Shown in pieces: positions 1-17,634 of a DNA stretch of 64,000 bases (the stretch's first letter is position 1; each line of letters begins with the position of its first letter). This DNA is from the human T2T-CHM13v2.0 reference genome, Homo sapiens. Below the pieces are notes generated by a model. That model worked only from the letters and a program-made list of their open reading frames with translations. It did not search any database and was not told the origin of the DNA. Made by a program: the position numbers and the translations under genes. The stretch lies in assembly GCF_009914755.1 (NCBI RefSeq), contig NC_060933.1, one strand, 5' to 3'.

Positions 1-3000
1 TAATGAGAGATAACCTACAAAGGTACAAAGGGAAGTCCATTAGACTAACAGCAGACCTATTAGCAGAAACCTCACAAGCCAGAAGAGGTTGGGAGCCAAT
101 ATTCAACATTCTTAGATAAATGGAATTCCCACCAAGATTTCAAATCTAACCAACCTGAGCTTCATAAGTGAAGGAGAAATAAGATCCTTTTCAGACAAAG
201 AAGTGCTGAGAAGATTTTTTTTTTACCACCAGACATGCCTTATAAGGCTCCTAAAGGAAGTACTAAATATGGAAAGAAAAGCCTGTTACCAGCCACTAAA
301 AAAAAAAATACACTGAAATACACAGCCCAGTGACACTATAAGGCAACCACATAAGCAAGTCTTTAAAATAACCAGCTAACATTATGATGACAAGATTACA
401 TTCACACGTATCAGTATTAATCTTGAATGGAAATGGACTTAATTCCCCAATTTAAAGGCACAGAGTGGCAAGCTGACTGAAAAAGCAATACCCAATGGTA
501 TGCTGTCTTTAAAAACCTTATCTCACATGCAATGACATCCATAAATTCAAAACAAAGAGATGGAGGAAAATCTACCAAGCAAATGGAAAACAGAAAAAAA
601 AGCAACTTTAAACCAACAAAGATTAAGAAAGACAAAGAAGGGCATTACGTAATGGTAAAAGGCTCAATTCAACAAGACATTACTATCCTAAATATATATG
701 CTCCCAACACAGGAGCAGCCAGATCCATAAAGCAAGTTCTTGGAGACCTTCAAAGAGACTTAGACTGTCATACAATATTAGTGGGAGACTTCAACACCCT
801 ACTGACTATATTAGACAGATCATTGAGGCAGAAAATTAACAAAGATATTCAGGACCTGAACTCAACACTGGACCAATGGACCTGATAGACATCTACAGAA
901 CACTCCACCCCAAAACAATAAAATATACATTCTTCTCATTGCCACATGGCACATACTCTGAAATCAACCACACATTGGACATAAAACAATACTCAGCAAA
1001 TGCAAAAAGAACTGAAATTATACCAACCACACTCTCATACCACAGTGCAGTAAAAACAGAATTCAAGTCTAAGAAAATTGCTCAACACCATACAATTACA
1101 TGGAACTTAAACAACCTGCTCCAGAATGAGTTTCAGGTAAATAATGAAATTAAGGCAGAAATCAAGAAGTTTTTTGAAACTACTGAAAACAAAGTTACAA
1201 CATACCAGAATCTCTAGGACACAGCTAAGGCAGTGTTAAGAGGGAAATTTATAGCACTAAAAATCCACATCAAAAAGTTAGAAAGATCTTAAATTAACGA
1301 CCTAACATCATGACTAAAAGAACTAGAGAAGCAAGAGCAAACTAACCCCAAAGCTAGGAGAAGACAAGAAATAACCAAAATCAGAGCTGAACTGAAGGAA
1401 TTGAGACACGAAAAACTATTCAAAAGATCAACAAAGCCAGAGCTAATTTTTTGAAAAAGTTAATAAGATAGATAGACCACTAGCCAGAATAATAAAGAAG
1501 AAAGAGAGAAGATCCAATTAACACAATCAGAAATGACAAAGAGGATATTAGCACTTACCCCACAGAAATAAAAATAATCATCAGAGAATATTATGAACCC
1601 CTCTACACACACAAACTACAAAACCTAGAAGAAATGGATAAATTTCTGGATACATACACCCTCCCAAGACTGAACCAGGAAGACATTGAATCCCTCCACA
1701 AACCAATAACAAACTCCAAACTTGAATTGGTAATAAATAGCCTACCAATAAAAAAAAATAAAAATAAAAAAGCCCAGGACCAGATGGATTCACAACTGAA
1801 TTCTGCCAGCTGTACAAAGAAGAGCTGGTACCATTCCTAGTGAAACTATTTCAACAAATGGAAGAGGAGAGACTCCTCCTCAGCTCATTCTATGAGGCCA
1901 TTATCATCCTGATATCAAAACCTCTCAGAGACACAAAAATAAAAGAAAACTTCAGGCCAATATCCTTGATGAACATGGAAGCAAAACTTCTCAACAAAAT
2001 TCTAGCAAACTGAATCCAGCAGCACATCAAAAATTTAATCCACCACTATCAAATAGGCTTTATTCCTAGAATGCAAAGTTGGTTCAACATTTGCAAATCA
2101 ATTAATGTGATTCATCACATAGACAAAACTAAAGACAAAAACCACGATTATCTCAATAGACAAAGAAAGACTTTTGATAAAATTTAACATCCCTTTATTT
2201 TAAAAACTCTCAATGAACTAGATTAAAGACTTAAATGTAAAACCTAAAACTATAAAAATCCTGGAAGACAACCTAGGGAATATCATCCTGGACATAGGAA
2301 TGGGCAAAGATTTCATGACAAAGATGCCAGAAGCAATTGCAATGAAAGCAGATTTGACAAATGGTATCTAGTTAAACTAAAGAGCTTCTGCACAACAAAA
2401 GAAACTATCAACAGGGTAAACAGACAACCCACAGAATGGGAGAAAATATTTGCAAATTATGTATCTGACAAAGGTCAAATATCCAGCATCAATAAGAAAC
2501 TTAAGTAAATTTATAAGAGCAAAACAAACAATCCCATTAAAAAGTAGGCAAAGGACATAAGCAGATGCTTTTCTAAAGAAGACATACATGTGGCCAACAA
2601 ACATATGAAAAAAAATCCCATTATCACTGATCATTAGAGAAATGCAAATAAAAACCACAATGAGATACCATCTCACACCAGTCAGAATGGCTATAATTAA
2701 ATGTCAAAAAATTACAGATGTTAGTGAGGTTGCAGGGGAAAAAAAAACGCTTATGCACTGTTGGTGGGAGTTCAAATTAGTTCAACCATTGTGGGAAGCA
2801 GTGTGATGATTCCCCACAGAACTAAAAATAGAACTACCATTTCACCCAACAATCTCATTATTGGGTACATACCCAAAGGAATATATGTCATTCTATCATA
2901 AAGACACATGCATGCATATATTCAGAGCAACACAATTCACAATCGCAAAGATTTGGAGTCAATCTAAGTGACCATCAATGTTAGACTGGATAGAGAAAAT

Positions 3001-3250
3001 GTGGTACATATACACCATGGAATACTATGTAGTCATAAAAAAGAATGAGATCATGTCTTTTGCAGGAACATGGAAGGAGCTGGAGGCCATGATGCTTAAA
3101 CTAATGCAGGAACAGAAAACCAAATACCACATGTTCAAAACCAAATACCACATAATTGGGAGCTAAATGATGAGAACACATGGACACAAAGAGGGGAACA
3201 ACACACACTGAGGCCTACTTGAGGATGAAGGGTGGGAGGAGAGACAGCAA
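1..3250 (+). mobile_element. Degenerate LINE-1 (older L1PA/L1PB type): ORF1 3' end, ORF2 (endonuclease, partial RT, C-terminus) and partial 3' UTR
   Basis: ORF2-like start at 387 (MTRLHSHVSVLILNGNGLNSP); ORF fragments [64 protein letters not shown] and [11 protein letters not shown] match L1 ORF2p; many stops and frameshifts; internal deletion at 2220/2221. Confidence 0.95.
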
Positions 3251-3404
3251 GAAATGAGTTTAATTGAAGTTTTTCCTGCCAAAGATTGTAGGTTCCCTCG
3301 TTTATAGATACTGTATCATGGAATTTACTTTAGGTAGTTTTTTTTTTCCTTCTCTGTCTCTGAAAAGACCTTGCATAGTAGTAGGCTTATTTTGGCTTAG
3401 TGAT

Positions 3405-3560
3405 TGTCAGCCCTGACTTGATTACTCATTAAAGTAACCTGGAAAGCTTTAAAAATACTGAGGCCAGGCCCCTCCCCACAGATTATATTGAATTGAACTG
3501 TGATGGGGCTAGAGAATTAGGATGTTTTTTGAAGCAGCTGGACTTGTGAGTCACTGGTAG
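3405..3560. mobile_element. MER5-like hAT-Charlie relic
   Basis: cctggaaagctttaaaaatactgaggccaggcccctccccacagatt resembles the MER5 core. Confidence 0.5.
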
Positions 3561-3703
3561 CCACACGAAAATATTATTTATTACATGCAGTTGTTTGATT
3601 GAATTAAATTTTTGTCTGAATTTCTGACCAGTTTTGATAAAGTATTTCATCCAGTACCCCATGTGCATACAGACTCACTTGTCTACTATAAGAGGAAAGT
3701 ATT

Positions 3704-4451
<748 letters not shown>

Positions 4452-4671
4452 GGAAGATGAGTGTTAAATTGGATTAATACTTTGAAAATAAATGCAGAGA
4501 AACAATGTCTGGGAATAACTATTAAAAAGACATAATATATAAGGATCTCTGGGGTGTCCCACTTGGTAGAGCTGTAAGGTAACAGGGTGAATGTATCTTC
4601 TGAAAAGCCACAGCTTGCCTGTGATGCCACATTACAGGAAGTCATCGCATTTTGCAGGTATTTTGCATTTA

Positions 4672-5090
<419 letters not shown>

Positions 5091-5417
5091 AATCTACAAA
5101 AATATGTGTTTCTGTGGACTAGCTAAATATATTAGTGTTATATTATTAGGGAAATTTGATGAGTTAAACCCACTATTTAAATGCCATAACTAAGGCCACA
5201 TCACATCTTTACAGTGTAGTTTTAAACTAGACCATCCAGTTTCTAATGAAGAGACAACTCCGTCAGTTCCGACATGAGCCCAAACAAAACTTTATCCCCC
5301 CATAAAGTGGATTACAGATATGCACACACATCAGCAAGGGAAACATGACAACAGTTCATTTAATGCTGTTATATGCAACCCTATATTGTATTCTGAACAC
5401 AATGAAAATAAGATGTG

Positions 5418-5540
5418 GGCCAAGCATGGTGGCTTATGCCTGTAATCCCAGCACTTCGGGAGACCAAGATGAGAGAATCACTTGAGCTCAGGAGTTTGAG
5501 ACCTGCCTGAGCAACATAGCGAGATCTTGTCTCTGAAAAA
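5418..5540 (+). mobile_element. Alu monomer (FLAM or left arm)
   Basis: ggccaagcatggtggcttatgcctgtaatcccagcac...gagatcttgtctct followed by a short A run. Confidence 0.8.
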
Positions 5541-5720
5541 ATATATTCTTTTAAGTGAAAAAAAAAAATAAGTGAGATGTCTGCCCTTCAACATATAATA
5601 ATAATAATTTTAGAGCATCTATTCTACACCAGACATTGTGACTAAATGCCATACAAGGCACTGTTATAATTTCCAATGTACATATGGTAGGGCTGAAGTT
5701 TAGGAAGTTTAGCTTGTTCA

Positions 5721-5950
5721 ACTGAGAACACATGGACACAGGGAGGGGAACATCACACATCAGGGCCTGTAGGGGGATGAGGGACAAGAGGAGGGAGAGC
5801 ATTAGGACAAACACCTAATGCATGCAGGGCTTATAACCTAGATGATGGGCTGATAAGTTCAGCAAACCACCATGGCACATGTATACCTATGTAACAAACC
5901 TGCACATTCTGCACATGTATCCCAGAACTTAAAAATAAAATAAAATAAAA
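5721..5950 (+). mobile_element. 5'-truncated L1PA 3' UTR insertion with perfect 16-bp TSD
   Basis: L1PA 3' end (caccatggcacatgtatacctatgtaacaaacctgcac..cagaacttaaa) with A tail; AAGTTTAGCTTGTTCA at 5705-5720 and 5951-5966. Confidence 0.93.
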
Positions 5951-7598
5951 AAGTTTAGCTTGTTCAGCATCCCATAGTAAGACACTGAGATGCAGGACTC
6001 AGGCTCTTAACTGAACAACATCCTATTACACAGATGCTACTTGAAGAAACAGATCAGCCCACCTACCTGACTTGACACCTTATAAATGAAATAGCCCTGT
6101 GAGCACACCTCAATGCAATCTCAGAAGATCCTCCCAAGCTATTTCACTTATTTACAAGGGAAATTGGAAATTGTTGCTGTAGCTGACAATATATTTATTG
6201 AAAACATTAGAGTGGAAGAAGTAAAGTACAAGTGAATTTGACATTTCAGAACATTTTGGCTTTTTGTCAAAGGTATTTGAAATTGCAAATGAGGCTTTGG
6301 CAGTTACTGAAAAGATGTATCAACTGAGTTCAGGAGATGAGTTTTGGGGTCAATCTTGAATTCTCTTCCTAGGGAAGATCTGTGTTGGTGAAGCATAGAG
6401 TTTGCAAAGGCATTCCTCTGAATTTGTGCTATTTATACAGAAGAGCTCTCCTTTCCTGTGGATTTCATTTACACGATTGGAAAAATTACCTCTTTATTCG
6501 AAATAATCTTTGTGAAATTATATTTTCCAATATATAATAAAAGAGGTGAATCTGGGAAAAGTGTGTAGTAAAAAATTTGACTTGGACATGCCATTAGGTT
6601 AAAAGATTGAATTAGGATTTATTTTAAAGATTCAGCATGGCAAAGAGGAAAGTGGCCAACTTTAGGATCTATAAATCCGATGTTGAATACTGGCCTGGCC
6701 TCGTCCTCATGCAGTGACCTTGAAGGTTTCTTATGAAAAGAGAACTCTTGTTAGTGCCTGGTATTTGGCTTTTACTCACAAGCTGATCACTGTTGCTCTA
6801 TTTGTCACTGAGATTTTCATGGTGATAGTGAGGTAATGATGGTGATAATGAGGTTAAATTTTTTAAGTATCTCAGAAATGGGAGAAAATATTACAAGCAT
6901 TGAATTATAAATGTGTGCCTATTGAGCTTATGCAAGAATAAGGCAGAACTTTCCCTCAAGGTGCATAGGTATTCTTGAAGAAATAATACAGACAGAATTA
7001 CAAACATCGACTATATGATAAACTTTTGAAGTGCACCTTGCGAATAGATCCAAAGGAGGGTTGGGTTTTTGCTAGAAGGATTCATACTCATTTGAACAAC
7101 TCAATGGAGTATAAATAATTGAAATAAAATACCTTAACATGTTTATTCAATTACCGAAGCCAGTCTTATAAATTATAACACAGAAGAATAGACATATTTT
7201 TATTTGGGTATATTGTTTCTTGCCTTTAGGACATTATAATGAGGTATCACATTTAAACATAAGGCTGACATAAAATGTCAAAACAGATATATGAGGGATA
7301 TGACTAAAAGTTGTTCTTTCCAAATATAGGTGCACAACTCAAAAATGTCTAACTTATAAGAACTTTCAATCTGTATGAGATTAACCAGTTAACTTGTTAT
7401 CATACCTAATGAGTACACTCCTGGTGTAGTTAACTTTTAAAACAGCTGAACTTTATAATACATGATTATGAGTAGACAATATTTCAGAGATCCTAAAAAG
7501 CTTGTTTAAAATGTCTCTTTTGATTAGAATGAAAGATAAACAGTGACAGATGATGCCTATTGTCTCCATGGTAATTACACTAATTAAAAGTAACATTG

Positions 7599-7898
7599 GG
7601 CCAGGCACCATGGCTCACGCCTGTAATCCCAGCACTTTGGGAGGCCGAGGCAGCTGGATCACGAGGTCAGGAGATAGAGACCATCCTGGCTAACACAGTG
7701 ATGAAACCCCGTCTCTACTAAAAATACAAAAAATCAGCTGGGCGTGGTGGTGGCGGGCACCTGCAGTCCCAGCTACTCGGGAGGCTGAAGCAGGAGAATG
7801 GCGTGAACTCAGGAGGCAGAGCTTGCAGTGAGCTAAGATCGCGCCAATGCACTCTAGCCTGGGCGACAGAGCAAAACTGTGTCTCGGAAAAAAAAAAA
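7599..7898 (+). mobile_element. AluY
   Basis: Y diagnostics in both arms; poly(A) tail. Confidence 0.92.
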
Positions 7899-7919
7899 GA
7901 GTTAATGTTTAGCTTTTAA

Positions 7920-8243
<324 letters not shown>

Positions 8244-9003
8244 CCCACAATAAGATTTTTGCGCTCACAACAATATAATAGAGCTGGAAGATGAGCTCTG
8301 TTGAGGGAGAAAAGGGTACATCAAATTCCCGATATGGCTTGCATATTAAAAGCCAACTCAGGCTGGCTCAAAGGTGAGAGTCTTGCTCTGAGCCAGAAGG
8401 TGGAAGGTGTGAGACAGACATAGAAATGAAGGTGTGTCCTCTCTGCAGAGGAAGGATAGGGCAGTATTAGAGGAGACATGGCTATGCTGTGTAGCTGCCT
8501 GGACTTTGAGAAAGACCTCATGCCACAGGGCTGAGGAACATTCCTGTGGATCCCTAGTACACACGGGATCAAAGGGATACCTTAATCTATAGTTTCCTAA
8601 AAGCAAAGAGTTAAGTTGCTTTTAAAAATTAAAAAATATATATACATTATTTTTATTATTTTAAAAGTATGGAATTTTTTTAGTCACTGGGGAAAGGAGG
8701 GGAAAGCATTTATTTTTACATAGTTACTTAATTACCTCCAAAACACAAATTTTGGAAATCATATTTGCTGGTGCAAGTATTTTAATGAACAAGAATCCAT
8801 ATATTGAGGTTATGATTAGAGAGCTCAATGTATGCATTTGCCATCTTGCTTAAGCTCGGCAGAGCATGAAAACCTAAGTTTATTCCCAAAGTATATAACT
8901 TCAAATAAAAAAAAAACTTCAAGTTCCAGCCACACACTCTCTCTCTCGCTCCGTACCTCCCTCTTCATCGTCTCTCTATATATCTTACATACTTTAAAGC
9001 CCC

Positions 9004-9313
<310 letters not shown>

Positions 9314-10636
9314 AGTCCCACTTCACTTCTCAAATGGGACTTCTGATTAACATTTTGGTTTGTAAACCAGGGAATAACTCCTACATTTTATTCATTCAGG
9401 GAGAACAGACTATATGCTGGGTCATATGTTATGTTCATATTTTCTCTGACTCTCATTCATGAAGATGTCTGCCTTTCATTAATTTGTTTTCTTGTCACTC
9501 TGTGAAAACATAACTTCAAGACTCACAGACACTGAAAAATACTATTTTTCAACCACTAATTTCTAACGTTGGTGAAGGCAAGCTTCATTTCCCCCAGGAA
9601 GCTTTCACTTTGAAGATACAAACTCCCTGAGTGGAACAGGAGTTTTATCTTCACTTTGGAGCTCTAGAGGACCATAGACAGAATCTAGTCCAACATTACA
9701 GGTAAAGAAACTGAGGCCTAGAGGAGACAGGTGACTTGTAGAAAGGTCCTACAGGGAGTAGAAGAACCCGAACCCACATGCAGTCCACCTAACTCTGAGA
9801 CCGGGTCACACTGACAATGCCATGTCCACCTTCATTACAGCACAAAATTCAGGGAATGGGGAGCATCTATAGAGCTCTTGGGAAATAAAACACCAAAGCT
9901 TACAGATCCACTGATGAACCCAGTGCTGCATTTATAGACCCACGTTAAGGGTCAAGCACACACGTCAGCTAGTCAAGAAAAGAAATTCTGACCTGGACAG
10001 AGTACATTAGCATCCTTATAGTTTCATTTGCTAAATAAGTCTCTTCTAAGCTCAAAACTGAAGAACCTCCAGGAATTATGAGAGGTTTTGAAGAGAAATT
10101 GTAATTACTTGGGCCTTGATGAAAAGGATGAAAAAAGGTCTTTAATAGTTTTGTGAAAGAACAAGAGGATTTTGTTCATGGCCATAAAAACTAAACTCAG
10201 CAAAGGAGAAAACATAAGGCAATGGAGAAAAAACAGCCTTCTCAACAAACGGTACTGAAACAACGGGACATCCACATGAAAAAATGAGTCTAGACAAAGA
10301 CCTTATAAGCTTTGCAAAAACTAACTCAGAGTACATCATAGACCTAAATGTAACATGCAAAACTGTAAAATCCTAGAGGATAACATCAGAGAAAACCTGG
10401 ATGACCCTGGATACGGTGATGACTTTGCAGATGATCCAGGAATTGCACTCCTTGCTATTTACCCAAAGGAGTTGAAAACTTATGTGCACACAAATACATT
10501 CACACAGACATTTATAGCAGCTTTACTCACATTTGCCAAAATATGGAAGAAACCAAGATGTCCTTCATTAACTGGCTGAATAAAAAAACTGTGGTACATT
10601 CAGGCAACACCAATGAAATAAATATTTTGTAAGCTA

Positions 10637-10954
<318 letters not shown>

Positions 10955-11375
10955 CCATAGATACTATGAGAATGAGAAGACAAGTCACAAACTGGGACAA
11001 AGTATATTCAAAAGTCATGTCTGATAGAGGACTGTTATCTGAGTTATATAAAGGACACTTAAAGCTCAACAATAAGAAAACTAACAACCCGATTTTTAAA
11101 AGGGCAGAAGACCTGAAAAGATGCCTCATCCAAGAAGATATACAGATGGCAAATGAGTATATGAAAAGATGTACAACATCATATGTCACTGGAAATTGCA
11201 AATCAAAACAACAGTGAGACACCACTACACACCTATTAGAATGGCTTAAATCCAAAACACTGACAACACTAAAAACTGGCAAGGATGTGAAGCAACAGGA
11301 ATTTTCATTCATTTCTGGGCAATGCAAAATAGTACAGCCACTTTAGAAGAGAGTTTGGCAGTTTTAAAAAAACTA

Positions 11376-11676
11376 GGCCAGGCGCGGTGGCTCACGCCTG
11401 TAATCCCAGCACTTTGGGAGGTGGAGGCGGGCAGATCACGAGGTCAGGAGATCGAGACCATCCTGGCTAACACGGTGAAACACCATCTCTACTAAAAATA
11501 CAAAAAAAATAGCTGGGTGTGGTGGTGGGTGCCTGTAGTCCCAGCTGCTGGGGAGGCTGAGGCAGAATGGCGTGAACCCGGGAAGGCGGAGCTTGCAGTG
11601 AGCCGAGATCGCGCCACTGCACTCCAGCCTGGGCGACAGAGTGAGACTCCGTCTCAAAAAAAAAAACAAAAAAAAA
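11376..11676 (+). mobile_element. AluY inside L1
   Basis: Near-consensus AluY with many CpGs retained; A-rich TSD aaaaaaact. Confidence 0.95.
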
Positions 11677-12662
11677 CTGAACATATTCTTACCAGATGAT
11701 TTAGCAATTGCATTCCTTGATATTTCCCCAAAGGAGGTGAATACTTGGGTCCACACAAAAACCTGCACACAGATGTTTACAGCAGTTTTATTCATAATTG
11801 CCAAAATGTGGAAGCAATCAAGACAACCTTCAGTAGCTGAATGGATAAATAATCTGTGGTACATCCAGACAATGGAATATTATTCAACCTAAAAAGATGA
11901 GACCTATCAAGCCATGAAAAGACATCAAGAAACCCTAAGTGGACATTACTAAGTAAAAGAAACCCAATCTGAAAAGGCTAACTACTTTTGATTCTAAGTG
12001 TATGGCATTCTGGAAAAGGCAAAACTTTGGAGACAGTAAAAAGATCAGCATTTGCCACTTGTTAGGGAGGAGGGAGAGATGAATAGACAAAGCACAGAGG
12101 CTTCTGGGGCACTGGAACTATTCTGTATAATACTATAATGGTGGATACATGTCACTACACCTTTGTCAAAACCTATATTAGGTACAACGCCAAGATTAAA
12201 ATCTGTTGCAAACTATAGACTTTGGATGATAATGATGTATCCATGTAAGTTGGTTGTGACAAGTGTACCACTCTGGTGAGGGGTGCTGATTGATCACGGG
12301 GGGAGGCAGTGCGTGTGTGGAGGCATAGGGTATATGAGAATTCTCTGTACTTTCCACTCTGTTTTGCTGTGAAACTAAAACTATTCTGTAGAATAAAGTG
12401 TATTGTTTTTCTTAAAAAGGTAAACTTAGCTTAAACCTAATATGAGACTTAATCATTATCAAAAAAAGGGAAAATGCTTCCAATTGAGAATTCCTGGAAT
12501 TTACTGGTGTTTAGTAAAATTAAAGGCCAATGATGAAGAAAGTTAAGGTCTGCCACAGGCTGGATATCTTGCAATGACTTTCTTTATAGCTAGTGTATTT
12601 TGAAAAGTAAAAGAACTTTATGGGTAGTGAAAACTTAATGAAAATTGCAACTGTCTCATTAG

Positions 12663-12924
<262 letters not shown>

Positions 12925-13174
12925 CAAAGGTCTATGGTTTACTAAAAGAATGATATTCCAATTCAATTATATTTAACGTTTTGGTGAAACATATTTTTAA
13001 AAACATGAACCAATAAAACCAAACAGTTTTACTTTAAAAAGTACAAGTTAACTAAGCATGCTAACACATTTCTCAAGAGATGGATGAAACCCCACACCTA
13101 GCGGGGTCTAGCCAAAAAAAAAAAAAAAAAAAAAGAAGTGCCCATTTTTAGGAATAAAAAGTATTTACCCCAGT

Positions 13175-13297
13175 CTTTTTTTTTTGTTTTGATAAGGAGT
13201 CTGGCTCTGTCGCCCAGGCTGGAGTGCAGTGGCGGAATCTCAGCTCACTGCAAGCTCTGCCTCCTGGGCTCACGCCGTTCTCCTGCCTCAGCCTCCC
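13175..13297 (-). mobile_element. 5'-truncated AluY (3' part of right arm)
   Basis: caagctc..cacgcc diagnostics; TSD taccccagtcttt on both sides. Confidence 0.88.
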
Positions 13298-13309
13298 TAC
13301 CCCAGTCTT

Positions 13310-13970
13310 TACTATTTAATACAAGATGTCTAGATTTAAAATGAATTACAAGCTACACAAAAAGGCAAGAAACAACCCATTTCCAAGTGGCCGAGCAATC
13401 ATCAAAACCACACTCAACTCTCAGCTCTGACACAAGTGTTTGTTAGAATTTTCTGATAGAAAATTTAAAAACAACTGTAATTAATATGGTAAAAGCGCTA
13501 ATGAATAAACTGGCACCATGCAAAATCAGATGAGTAATTTCAGCAGAGATATGGAAACTATAATATGAATAAAATAGAAATGCTAGAAATAAAACTTTGG
13601 TAACAGAGATAAAGAATTCCTCTGATAGACTCGTCAATAGACTTCATGTAGCCAAGGAAAGACTCTTGCGCTTAAGAAGGGAATCAATAGAACTCACCCA
13701 AATTGAAATACAGAGGAAAACAAGAATGGGAAAAAAATAGAACAGAGCATTCAAGAACTAGGGATATCTATTCCATATTATTAAACAATCTAGTACAGAT
13801 ATAATTGGAATCTGAGAGACATATGTGAAGAAGTAATGTCCAAGAATATTCCAGAAGTTAACAACAGACTGGAAACCACAAATCCAAGAAAATTGGAGAA
13901 CATCAAACAGGGAAAATAAAACATAACAACTTGGGTATATAATTGTCAAGCTATTAAAAACAAAAGGCTT
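13310..13970 (+). mobile_element. Ancient L1M ORF1-region fragment
   Basis: A-rich degenerate ORF1-like sequence (gaaatgctagaaataaaa..., aaaccacaaatccaagaa..., tataattgtcaagctattaaaaac). Confidence 0.6.
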
Positions 13971-14204
13971 CTTCTCCAGATTTCTATACGTTTTTAAGGA
14001 ATTAAAGGAAAGGCCTTCCAAAGAAACCATAAAAGCCATTACTTTCTTTTGCAAAGGACAAAACTTAAACAAAGAACTAACTTAAACATGAAGAGGAATT
14101 GACTGGCTCATATAAATGAAAAGTAAGATATATTTTCTAATCCAGAATATTTCTGGATTCAGGAATTAAATAGTATCATCAGGATTGTGTGATTCTGTTG
14201 CTGA

Positions 14205-15131
<927 letters not shown>

Positions 15132-15474
15132 CTCTATTGGTCAATAGAGTGTGATACTGAAGGATATGATACAGAATCAAAAACCAATGGTTAGATCATG
15201 TCATAGATCCTCCACTTTGATCAATATAGCTTTAAATTCTCTGGGAGTGATTCTTAACTAATGAGGGTCATCAGAGTCACATGGGAACAATTTCTGAAGA
15301 CAGATTCCAAGATCATATGAATACAAGAATAGGGCTTGAAGATGCACATTCCTAAAATCTCTTCATGGAATTCTGATGACTTCCCTTTTTGTAAACTAGG
15401 TTTTTTGAACCCTGTCTACCTCTTAATGTCTATCCAAGAGAAGACAAGATAAAGACCTTTGAAATAATGCTTAA

Positions 15475-15807
<333 letters not shown>

Positions 15808-17017
15808 TTAATCATTGTCTATCTATGCAGATTCTATTAACAGTTTCCGGAAAAGCAACCTGTTCTGGATGTTATTACATGTTTAAATTAAAGGAGCTCT
15901 CTTCTTTTAAAAGAAACAGAACCAAGAACCAGTGACTTTCAGAGAATGATTAACTCTCCAACAATAGCCCCTGCCAAAAGTAATGTGACATGAGAGTCTA
16001 GAAATTATTTTCTACACTGAAATAAAATTTGCATTATACTGGCAATAAACTATTTCTAGATGCATGAAAGCATCTGCATAGTCAAAAGGCTTAGGGAAGT
16101 CTCTCCTGGAGAAAAGCATCCCCAGATGAACGTACTTCCTCTGTAATGGCTGATGGGCAGAACAGAAACACCTGAGCACGGGACTGGAGGTGAAAAGTCA
16201 TCTGTGGGACTGATTAGATTTGGAATCTTGGAAGTTACAAGTCATTTATGAAGTCTCAGATTACCATATGTAAAATGAAGGGTTTTTAATGAATGGCTGC
16301 CATCTAGAGTTTCCATTCACAAGTGTTCTTAAATGTGCTGATTCTAATTGGGGATAGAAAGATAAGCCCTTGACTTCCTCCCCGAGCCCCTGATTTTTGC
16401 TAGCCTGTTGCTTTTCTCTGTACTAATTTCCTCTTCCACAGTTTTTATAACAACAGTGTTAAAAAGGCTAATTGGCTGGAGAAGTATGGCAGATAGCGTG
16501 AATTCCAATGGAAGAGCCAATAAGAAGACACTTTACAGAGGAGTTGACTGATGAGCACAGGGACCTTGGGAGCTCTAAGCATGCCAAAAGTTTAGGTTGT
16601 AAGAAGGAAGGTTTAGCAAACAGAAGATTTCAAGGGCTTTGTGGTCTGTGTTAAGGGTTTTGGGGTTTATCCTGTGGAGCCACAGGGATGAAATGGAAAC
16701 CATTACACTCCCTCTGCCTCTCTTGGTTCATGTGTCCAAAAATGACCAACTCAAGCTCCAGTGCCTCTTGCCTGATGCCTTCCTTCATCACTTGCTGGAT
16801 ACACTGTCCTTAAACAGTGACTTTGTCACGCTTTCATTTTTAAAAAACATATTCCTAATGTAGAGAGTCTGGAGAGGAGCAATGGTAAAGGCAAGAAAAT
16901 GAGTTTGCAAATTGTTGTAAATGATTCATAAAATAGATATTGATGTTGTTAATTAAGGCAGTAGCCTGGGATAAAGAGTCGTCCATGAGTTTAAGAGATG
17001 TTAAGAAGGTAGAGTAA

Positions 17018-17330
<313 letters not shown>

Positions 17331-17634
17331 AGTACTTTCTTATTAACTGAATATCGAGGTAGAGGATGAGTGGCAGGAGAGATAGTGAAAAAAAGCTCAG
17401 GGTAACTCCAGGTCTGACTTACATAACTGAAGGGACATAATGCCATTTATTAAAACAGGGATGTCTGCAAATTATTTGATTGAGGAAACAGAGAAAATGA
17501 GTTCAGTTTTGCATATCTGTTTTTGAGACGTTTGTCTTTGGTGCTTAACTATTTGTATAGCATTTGCCCAGGAGATAGAACTGGCCAGAGATTTGGGGTT
17601 ATCGCCAACTGAGACCAATAAGTAGTTTAGATCC

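Noticed and set aside
532-1840. L1 ORF2 fragments as functional genes or an active L1
   Set aside because: Numerous frameshifts and stops, RT core deleted, no poly(A) tail.
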